The position numbers and the translations under genes were made by a program. The notes below the pieces were generated by a model, which was not told the origin of the DNA, did no database searches, and saw nothing but the letters and a program-made list of their open reading frames with translations. A stretch of 37,423 bases of DNA, from contig CAXUUL010000073.1 in the NCBI GenBank assembly GCA_964255285.1, forward strand, positions 1 to 37,423, read 5' to 3'. This document shows positions 25,301 through 34,120 of the stretch, one piece after another (the first letter of the stretch is position 1; each line of letters opens with the position of its first letter). Source of the stretch: Ionaspis alba (lineage: Eukaryota).

Positions 25301-25843
25301 AATATCTTACCCGTCGCTGTCCGCCACCTTGGTGATAAACATCTGGGTGTTTTAAACCATAAAACTCATTACGCTCGAATATTAATGCAGCAGGACCGCT
25401 ATCAAGAAGCAGAGGCCCTGCTTATCGATGTCTCCAAGCCTGCCAACTACAAGATCACCTCGTTGATTGGTGACCATCCGGACAGATGGGACGCTTTATG
25501 GGCTCTAATAGATTGCTTTCAGAAACAGGGAAAGACCAATAGTGGGCTTGCGACTTGTAATGAGCTGATCAGCGCGATGAACCTGATTAGAGATGGGAAA
25601 GAACAGACGGAGACGAGTAGTGCGTTTTGGAAAATGGCGCTCAACAAAAGAAGAGAATTGATGGCTATTGAATATCCGGATCTCGCGGAAGACGCAATGA
25701 TTGTGGCACCTGAAGCTTCAACCAACGCCCTAGGACCCATTGAGTTGGACTTTGGTGTTCACACAGCAGGCACTGCTGTTCAGGTTGTTGTAAAAACAGG
25801 TGCTGAGAAGCTCCGGCTGCGCGAGAGTATGAAGACTTGGTAA
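22315..25843 (+). CDS. Fungal NLR (STAND) protein: HeLo-like N-terminal domain + NB-ARC-type NTPase + TPR repeats, ~1128 aa. Exons 22315-22781, 22828-22933, 22982-23235, 23284-25843
   Basis: MDPFSIVVGSASLAQLSVQL N-terminus; FTGRE; Walker A GIGGSGKT; FWGVFTVDAS; Walker B WLLLIDNADD; LITTRN; LGALPLALVHAG; MHPLVHTWVRER; repeats of the LGPNHPRT/LGPNDPRT/LGENDMRT/IGDRQPHT/LGDKHLGV type. Confidence 0.9.
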
Positions 25844-27086
25844 TGAATCCATTTTACGAATTTGTAACACTTCTCTATTTCATCGCTGTCCGACAATGAC
25901 GCTTATCACACAGATGACCGAACCGGCTTACGGCTATGGACTAAAAAATATAAAATAGTTGTAGTATTCCAGGCTGATTTACTACTAGTCTATGCGAAAG
26001 TGTGTCATATTAAGCCACTAGTATGATCATGTGACCCCTATTGAGCCCTTGTTTTCTACATAGCCAGAGCCTTTTAGGCTCCAATTGGCTAAGATACTTT
26101 CTAGAGACTGCCCTGCACAGCTCCCTCACAAAATTGAGATCTTTGATTCAGGATCGATCGAGATATGTGCAGTTTCTATCGACATTTCTGTCCATCTGGT
26201 AACTCGTGAACATTAACCTGGTCGTTGAGAGCGACGGTAGTAATGTAACACTCAAGCTCGAATGAATTCTTCTACCATATCAATAGGAGAATAACGTTGT
26301 TCCTGATGGTTAAGAGAAGTTACTGCTTGAGCAGTATGGCCGCTCAACAGACAGGTACGATACATAAAAAAAGCTGTGATGCTGTACTCCGTGTTCTCAA
26401 AACGAGTCCCCATACGTTCCTTCAAAGAACTGGCCCTTTTATATCTATAGAGCGATCGATCGAGTTGAGATCGAACGACTCTACTTGTCGCCATATCCTG
26501 CGCCAAATACTTACCAATCCAATTCGAACCGCTCCCCGCCTTTCGTCGAGCGGACGGTGTGGTGTGTCCAAAAGCAAACGCTATCACAGAATCGAACTTC
26601 TGTGATTGAGGACTGTTCTAGGGGGAAGGCGTATGGGCAGAGCTCGTTGCGGAGCATAGTTAGCATAATTAGCGAGGTATTGATCCCCAGGGGCCTGCCG
26701 CCAACTGAGATAGGGGCTTTCATTAGAGGATCAGTCCTCAAAAAGGCCATGGAATTGTGCAAATAATGCTCTACAACCATTTCTATCCACGAGCCAGGGC
26801 GAGTCACCAAAACTTGGTTGGTTTTAGCGAGCTTGCCCACTAAACAGAGTCTATCTGTCCACACATTCTCAATCTAGCACACTTCTCTTAGCGTCCAACC
26901 TCGGCTGAGGAAGAACATCCGTAGGATAAGGCGTACTATCAAATTTCCTTTCTCGTCTATTGATTTGTTTTCTGGGACGGCATCGCACTTGCTCAACAAT
27001 CTCGAGGTTTCAATCAAGAAATCAAATGTTTGGATGATGGACCTTGGCGTTCGAAATCAAATTCTCCGGCCTGCATCTCAGAGGAA

Positions 27087-28694
27087 ATGTTTGCACGCCG
27101 TGTAGCGTGCCGCATGCCCCGTCATTTGCTGCCTCGACAATCTCAAAGATGGTCTCTACAGCGGAGGACGATGTCCTCTGCTACATCCGAAGCCAGTGTG
27201 CCTCCAACGGTAGATGCTTCTGTGCTTGGTGGTATCACTGCAGAGCTGGATCGCCTGTCGCCCCGGATTGATATTCGAGCAAACCAGATCAAGATCCTAG
27301 GAAGTCCAACTGAATTCTACGAAACGCTCAAGAACAAGATCAAAACGGCTAAGAAGAGAATCTATCTGTCGTCACTGTATATTGGTAAATCAGAGCATGA
27401 GCTGGTTTCATGCCTCAGAGAAGCCCTCCAGAAAAACCGAGATCTCTCCGTGTCTATTCTAACGGATGCCCTCCGTGGTACACGTGAGACTCCCAAAGCT
27501 TCATGCGCGTCGTTACTCGCTCCCCTTGCGCGTGACTTCCCCACGCAAGTGGAGATTCGAATGTACCATACTCCTAATCTGACGGGTATTCGGAAAAGGA
27601 TCGTCCCTAAACGGATCAATGAAGGTTGGGGCCTCCAACATATGAAGCTGTACGGCATAGATGACGAGGTCGTTCTCTCTGGTGCCAATCTTTCGGACGA
27701 TTATTTTAACAACCGTCAAGATCGCTATCATGTCTTTTCATCAAAACGTGTTACTGATTACTACGCAAAGATACACGGTACCATGTGCAGCGTTAGCTTT
27801 CGTCTTCGGCCTTTGCAAGATTCGTCTTGTTATACTCTTGATTGGCCTGACAATAATGCGACGACTTCGCCACTTGTTGATCCCAAAGAGTACATCAGAG
27901 CAAGCACAGAGCTCTTCAGACCACTAATCGCTCCAGAACGCTCGACAGGCCAAGGATCAGTTCCCTCAGAGACTGCCATCTATCCAATGTTGACATTGCC
28001 TCATTCGTTGAACAATGAGCTTTCTGCTCTTCAAGCACTTCTGTCGGCTCCACTACCTCGTGGATCATCATATCTTTTTACAGCTGGTTATTTCAACCCG
28101 CATCCATCCATCACCGCTTCTTTGTTGTCCTGCTCTGCTAAATCAAAGATGCCTGCAGAGGTGGTCGGAACGGTCTTGACAGCTAGTCCATGGGCCAACG
28201 GGTTTTACGGATCCAAGGGTGTATCTGGCATGCTTCCGGCCGCGTACACCCTGTTGTCCAGACGATTTCTGCAGCAAGTCGACAAAATAGCGCCGGGAGC
28301 AGTAGAGTTGCGCGAATGGCGGCGAGGCACTGTTGGCACTCCGGGTGGATGGACGTATCACGCTAAAGGGCTATGGTTGACGCTCCCTAGGCAGGATTCG
28401 GTTACTGTTGAGGACAACTCCACGATTCCTACTCTGAAGTCAGCTGGTCCTTCTGTGACTGTTATTGGCTCGTCAAATTACACGACACGAAGCTATTCGC
28501 TGGATACAGAGGTTGGAGCAGTCATAGTGACACGTGATCAAGGTCTTCAGGCTCAATTGAAAAGAGAAGCGGAAGGACTCTTACACTATTCAAAACATAT
28601 AAGGGAGGAAGACCTTAGAGGTAGCGAGCGAAGAGTTGGACTGGGTGTAAGAGTTGCCATGTGGATTGTTAGAGCTGCCGGAGGGTCACTCTAG
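27087..28694 (+). CDS. PGS1: CDP-diacylglycerol--glycerol-3-phosphate 3-phosphatidyltransferase (phosphatidylglycerophosphate synthase, PLD family); intronless
   Basis: Arg-rich mitochondrial presequence; PTEFYETLK; RIYLSSLYIG; TDALRGTR; PKRINEGWGLQHMKLYGIDD..SGANLS.DYF.NRQDRY; FTAGYFN; GWTYHAKGLW; IGSSNYT.RSYSLD.E. Confidence 0.95.
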   Translation: MFARRVACRMPRHLLPRQSQRWSLQRRTMSSATSEASVPPTVDASVLGGITAELDRLSPRIDIRANQIKILGSPTEFYETLKNKIKTAKKRIYLSSLYIGKSEHELVSCLREALQKNRDLSVSILTDALRGTRETPKASCASLLAPLARDFPTQVEIRMYHTPNLTGIRKRIVPKRINEGWGLQHMKLYGIDDEVVLSGANLSDDYFNNRQDRYHVFSSKRVTDYYAKIHGTMCSVSFRLRPLQDSSCYTLDWPDNNATTSPLVDPKEYIRASTELFRPLIAPERSTGQGSVPSETAIYPMLTLPHSLNNELSALQALLSAPLPRGSSYLFTAGYFNPHPSITASLLSCSAKSKMPAEVVGTVLTASPWANGFYGSKGVSGMLPAAYTLLSRRFLQQVDKIAPGAVELREWRRGTVGTPGGWTYHAKGLWLTLPRQDSVTVEDNSTIPTLKSAGPSVTVIGSSNYTTRSYSLDTEVGAVIVTRDQGLQAQLKREAEGLLHYSKHIREEDLRGSERRVGLGVRVAMWIVRAAGGSL

Positions 28695-29076
28695 GGCATT
28701 GAACATTTGACTGCGTTCCAAAGTATCATTTGATATCATAGCAATCCAGGACAACGTCTAGAATCATCGATCGTCACACCGCAATTTCCGAATGGTGGTC
28801 ACGCTGTTCATTGGAAGACCCAGTACTGTGCTTTCAATAATCTTTCCAGCACTGTCCATGCTGTAGTTCTCAATATCACATAGAGAGATCCTTCCTAGTC
28901 ATGCTTGTGCATCTGACATGGATCGTGGGACCTGCTTCTCCTCTCGGACTTGAAGACGTCTCGGTCAACTAGCGTCGCCGCCTTTACTCAGACGCCTCTC
29001 CTCTCGTGATCCAAATTGCTACCCTTTCGTTGAGAAGAGCAGTCCAAGAGCGGGGGCGCATACAAAAGGCGACTCT

Positions 29077-29897
29077 CTACCAGCTGCGGCCATCCTCAGA
29101 ATCCTCGGAATCCTCGGATATCCCAAGAGCCTCCTTCAACTCTTCCTTCCATTGACGAACAGGCTTCCTTCCCTGTCTAAGTTCTTTGTAGGACGTCTTG
29201 AGGGGCTCCGGAAGCTGGTTTGCATCCAAAAGCCCATCATCATCAACGTACTCCTCCATATACGCGATCATTGACATGGCACAGGCACCTATGCGCTTCC
29301 CTGAATCGCGCGCGTACAGACGCAGAAAGGCTTCCAGCAAGATATGAGACTTGGGGACGACAACTAGGTCACGGTCAGATTTGAAGACACCCAATCCCCG
29401 ACCCGGCCGCCAGGGTGGGAGAACAGTCTGGTCGGACGCGAAAATAAATTGCGACGGATATTCGAGTTTCTTTGGGGACGAGAAAGAGCTGTCGAGCGGT
29501 GGTAAGAACCAAAGAGTCTCAGATTGTATGTAGAGGGCCACAGTGACTTCTGAGTCCTTGATGTGGATGTGAAATGCTGGCGGCGGCGTGTGCCGCTCTG
29601 GTGAACTTGAGGAGCAGGTTCCGGGGTCGGGACATGGCGTGAGGCTCTTGAACTGAGTGAGAGCCTTTGTGCCAACTCTCAAACGGTCGTCCGGAACGAC
29701 AAAGTCGATCGACTCGCAGAGCATTAGCTTAGGATCTGGAATTTTCTTGATCGAGAGATACCTACGCCGATGATAGATGGTACGCCGTGGACATTAAGAA
29801 GGTAGTGGCCCCAGAGGACACAAGGGACCTGATTCGAGTTGAGAGCCCTAGCAATGGATGCCACAAAGGATTCTGAAAGATCCGACATATCCTTCAT
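29077..29897 (-). CDS. Hypothetical protein (~252-255 aa) with a degenerate Pol-beta-type nucleotidyltransferase-like N-terminus. Exons 29897(or 29888)-29766, 29712-29077
   Basis: MSDLSESFVASIARALNSNQVPCVLWGHYLLNVHGVPSIIG|SIDFVVPDD...VVVPKSHILLEAFLRLYARD. GTAGGT donor, CTAAT branch; the first AG downstream is a GAG acceptor. The gene model is well supported, the fold is inference. Confidence 0.7.
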
Positions 29898-31016
29898 TTG
29901 TTTCTTCGAAGTGTTAATAGCACGGGCTTTTGCTGAGCTGTCTGTGGTGGCCGAACGTGTAGAGAATGAAAGTTGAGGCGACTACAATAAAATGTGGTGT
30001 CTGGTTCAACTTTCCGTTCTCACGCGCTAGGGTCTTGGCAGGTAAGATAAACAAAGATGCATCCGAATAAACAAAGACTCTCCCGCAAGATTTGCTCCGC
30101 TCTCAAACATACCTCATGATCTAGGCACAACAACCGGAATATTTCTAGTATTTGACCACTAAAACTTTTAGACACACTGCCCATAAGATCATAGGATTCT
30201 ATTGCCATATTATTGAAAATCAAGCCTGACACCGCAGTGAAGTAAAACAAATCCTTTTATTTTAAATACGACGGCCAGCATAAGCACATCAGTCTTGCTG
30301 TCTTTAACATCCTCTTGAAATCTCCCTGTCGAAGCGCGCGTCTCGACATCCAATGTTGTACCAATTTTCATGCTTTGCCTCCAGATCTGCGACTCCAAAT
30401 TTGGGGGAAAGCGCTCTCCGTGAGATCAGTCTAGGCCGTGGTTCGCAATTACGACCTCAACACGAGTCGCCTACCCCTTGTTAAGGTTCATATTGACCCA
30501 GCGCCATATGTAGCAGGCGTGTCCTTAGGGAGGCCCGGCGGCTACTGGAACAATCCTACATTGAGCCCATCCGTGAACTTTTCAGTGGTCTACCGTGACG
30601 ATTGTCCCGAACAGCTGCGGTGCAGGTGAATTGTCAAAGTTCAAACATGTCGTTCTACTGTGGTACTAGTTTGGTAGGGTCGCCACGGACATGCCAGCGT
30701 TTAATGACGATGTGTCCGGCTCTTCGCACTATCATCATTCAACACATAGAAACGGAAGCGACGACCAACGGGCCCCTTCGCCAAAGTCTAAGTCTAGAGA
30801 CGGTTGCCTACTACAGACCATTCCTGATTGAGCAGGGCCTGAGTTAGGACACAAAAAGCTGGACGTCCTACCTGACTACTTCAGCGATTCACCTCCAGAT
30901 CATATTTGCTGTCTCCAGACTCTGTTGACCGCTTGTTGTGTCACGAAGGCTCTGTCGTAGCATACCCTTCCTTTTCACGCCTATCATATCTGTCCTGTTC
31001 TCGACCTTCCAGCACC

Positions 31017-31768
31017 ATGCCTACTCGACTTCAGCTTGAAACCGCCGCCGCCGAGGTAATCCGAATCCTCAAGAGCATCAGCGAATACTCTGATGCCATG
31101 ATTGCTATCATTGGCGGGCTGGCTCTCTGGAAATACCACCCGACCGGCAGAACTACCGAGGTATTCAATTCTCATATCCTCAGTGGCCGCACACAAACTC
31201 ACATGGTTTCTAGGATGTTGATTTCATTGTCAACATCAGCAATGCACCACAGAGTGTCAAAGAAAGGCTCTTGGCTCTGCCCGACTCCCCATTCGTTCAG
31301 CACGCCCAATTCTTTTACTACAAGACCCCCAGCGGATCCCTTATTCAAGTTGACATCACTGGGGAGTACCAGGTACGTACATCTCTTCTGGAGATACTGA
31401 TGATTCTTGACGAGTAGGGGTGAAGGGAGCGTTCCTGCATGCTGACATGCGCTACTTAGTCCCCGTACATGCCCGCCGCTGCAGTGAAGCTGAGAGACCT
31501 CCCGGCAGACGCCATCCCATACATCTCGCCGACCGATCTTGTCGTTTTCAAGATGAACTCCTGCGGTTTGCGGGCGCTACCATCCAAGAGACGTACGGAT
31601 GCCGCTGATGCTCAGGCTCTACTAGAGGGGCTCACCGTGCACGGCTCGCTCAGCCTCACAGATGCTCAGCGAGCTATTGTGGAGCCCTGCATCAATGATG
31701 TAGTTGTACATGGCACGAGGACCGAAACGTGGTGGAGGGAGCGTCTGGGTCTGCCCGCTAGCCGGTGA
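31017..31768 (+). CDS. Small (203 aa) nucleotidyltransferase with AbiEii/DUF1814/MenT-like motif order. Exons 31017-31160, 31214-31372, 31460-31768
   Basis: Two phase-0 GT-AG introns give IAIIGGLALWKYHPTGRTTE|DVDFIV ... IQVDIT ... YISPTDLVVFKMNSCGLR..SKRRTDAADAQALL. The motif order is hGG, RxTxDhD, third Asp, conserved Lys, DxxD. Confidence 0.8.
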
Positions 31769-31908
31769 TTGCAATCATGGACCGTTTTGTTGGAGATGGT
31801 TCTAGACTCTCCTGTTGCTCGTGGCTCCTTTTGTTTCATGATTGAAACTTGTACCACGAGTGTAAAGAATGGCGCCACGTAGCATAGCAATGTATTAAAG
31901 GGGGGGAT

Positions 31909-31974
31909 ATTGTTAGAGCCACGGTGGTGCTTGCCCACTGTTTGCATTCAAGTCCCTGGTCTTGCATTTCATGA
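31909..31974 (+). repeat. Diverged direct repeat, copy 1 (copy 2 at 33865-33930)
   Basis: Manual ungapped alignment gives 53/66 identical positions, and 12 of the 13 differences are transitions. Confidence 0.8.
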
Positions 31975-32271
31975 TTAACGTCCCAAATTTACATGAAAAA
32001 AAATAACCCGTACGGTAACTGTTACCAGGAGATATAAATATTGCAAAAACTTTGAAGATAATAATCGATTAAACGACGCTAAAATATATATGAATTTAAT
32101 AATCACGTGCCTGCTCCTCAATCTCAGCTTTTTTATTAGGTTAGCGGTTAGATTAGCCGTTACTAAATGAGGTTAAGCACTTTTATTTTTATATGTAAAA
32201 ATCAACGTTTACTGAGAGTACGGTTCGATTAGAACTGGTGAAATACGGTATTGAGATGGCTGTCTAATAGC

Positions 32272-32299
32272 AACCATGTTGCCCGCGGGCAACATGGTT
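32272..32299. repeat. Perfect 28-bp palindrome
   Basis: AACCATGTTGCCCG|CGGGCAACATGGTT is its own reverse complement. Confidence 0.95.
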
Positions 32300-32332
32300 A
32301 CTGTCTCGCCTAATAAGGTTTAGCTCCAGGGG

Positions 32333-32353
32333 TCGTGATATGTTATATCACGA
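32333..32353. repeat. Hairpin, 9-bp stem with 3-nt loop
   Basis: TCGTGATAT-GTT-ATATCACGA. Confidence 0.85.
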
Positions 32354-32370
32354 ATCCTCCGTAGTTCTAG

Positions 32371-33277
32371 TTGATCAACCCTTCAACCGTCACTGGCACG
32401 ATAGGTTCCGCCAACGATACCATCGGTAGTTGTCTAGATCGTACATATACTCTAACAAAAACAACAGATCAAACTGTGCTTGCACAGTCAATTTCTCAGC
32501 CTGACGACCGCGAAGATGCCTACCTATCCATATCGGCGACGGTTCGTCAAGAGGAGATGTTTTCCAACCCGGATCATGAGACGAATGTTGCCACAGGGGG
32601 AACACAGCGACAACTCTGTACCACGCCAAATGAGGAGACTGATTTATCCGCGTCATCGCCAGTAGCACCGCTTCTTCCATCAGGGTCGTCGACAAGACTA
32701 AGTGCCTAGGGAATTATCAACGATACTACACGGCAGACAAACCCTGGAGTATCAGCAAGGCAGAAAAGGGCAAGAGCTCCAGGACCAGATCATTTTCGTC
32801 CGCAAGGAAAACGATAAGATCTCTAAGGTCCAGAGCGGTCTCGGAACTCGTCAGATGCAGAAGAGGCTGGTCCACAGGATTCTGTGTCGCAGCCTCAAGA
32901 AGTCACCAAAGGCAAGGCCGCCCTCCGAATCATCTTCTACATCATCAAAGAAAAAACATCGCGTGGAATCCAAAAGCAATGGCATGACGGAAAAGTTACA
33001 GGAGCAACAATCGACATGTACATCAAAGGCATCTTCGAAATAACAGGCAATGATGATGTCGAGGGTATGACCTGCACCCTTTTGACTTCCGAGGATGAAT
33101 TCGATTGGTCACTGTCAACCGATGACAACGGAGGTTTTGAGAAAGGTCGTGGCCGCATGGAAGAAGAATAGAAATGGGGGACACCCATTTGAGCTTCGAA
33201 TAGATCCTGTCTTCCGTAACGTCTTGGTGTCAGAGGAAACTGTCCAGGTGGAGGAAATCGACTTGTCTTATCTCTGA
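32371..33277 (+). pseudogene. Probable pseudogene of a hypothetical protein
   Basis: One frame runs from 32371 to 33171, interrupted by TAG 32707, TAA 32815 and TAA 32824. It includes a globular-looking block (LRIIFYIIKE..KQWHDGKVTG..FDWSL). A protein-like tail (KVVAAWKK..PFELRIDP..EEIDLSYL*) continues in another frame to 33277. Confidence 0.5.
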
Positions 33278-33864
33278 TCGGCTCGTCGGGTAGAACTTGA
33301 CTAGCTGAGGGCGTTCAACAAGGTCATCAGCTAAATATTATACTGGGAGGGAAGGGTTAGATTGCTAGTCAACCATGGAGTGTTTTGTATCTCCGAATCC
33401 TTCAGGGTGCTTCAAAAGATCAAGATGTGAAGACAGGTGCATCACACCAAGCGCTCAGACTTGGCTAGGTCTCAAGCAGTCCCTTGAGTAGCTGTAGATT
33501 CGAAGTCCAACGTAAGGTAATTGGAAAATAGGGGGTTTTCCAAGGATGAGTGTGCCGGTAATGCTTGATATAAGGATCGGGGCAGCACTGGACATCGCAC
33601 GTAAAAGTCTAGTTCTAGTGCCCTCGAGATTTCGGATATGGCATGCAGGAGGCTTTACAGAATTGTGGGCTTGATATGTTGGAGGGCTACTACTGAATAT
33701 ATGGTCAGCATATAGCTTATTATGCGGGGGAACTTGTAAGACGATATACCGAAAACCTATAGTAGATTTGCTCCGGTACAGCTGATGCGGCATATAGCTA
33801 CTGTGACAAACCGTAGGCAGTATACACTTTGCGAAACATATCAAATGTACATAGATAGGGAGAC

Positions 33865-33930
33865 ATTGTTAGAGCCATGGTGGCGTCTGCCTACTGTTCG
33901 CATTCAGGTCCCTGGCCCTGCGCTCCAAGA
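33865..33930 (+). repeat. Diverged direct repeat, copy 2
   Basis: ATTGTTAGAGCCATGGTGGCGTCTGCCTACTGTTCGCATTCAGGTCCCTGG... aligns with 31909-31974. Confidence 0.8.
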
Positions 33931-34120
33931 TGGATTCCAACCGAATCTGGCAAAGGATTTTGTATCCGATCGGCCTGTGAGCGGCGTACTAGTCTACGCG
34001 CTGCATTCCACCCTCGGGCGTTGCGAAGCCACAATCTCTATCCCCCGGGGATCCCGCGTATTCCATATGTTCTAGTGATTCCGCATCGTCTGCATCTATA
34101 TGGCTTCGATTGCCTCTTGC

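Noticed and set aside
19489..25843. P450 as part of a secondary-metabolite cluster or functionally tied to the divergent NLR
   Set aside because: There is no PKS/NRPS/terpene backbone gene, transporter or cluster regulator in the window, and adjacency alone is not evidence.
29950..30960. Short ORFs between the two NTase-fold genes as a possible antitoxin
   Set aside because: Mostly non-ATG starts, no HTH or other motif, and I could not build a coherent spliced model. A decayed fragment cannot be excluded.
32136..32165. TTAGG/TTAGC-like run resembling telomeric repeats
   Set aside because: There is no tandem TTAGGG unit, and the pattern is more simply explained by TpA enrichment.
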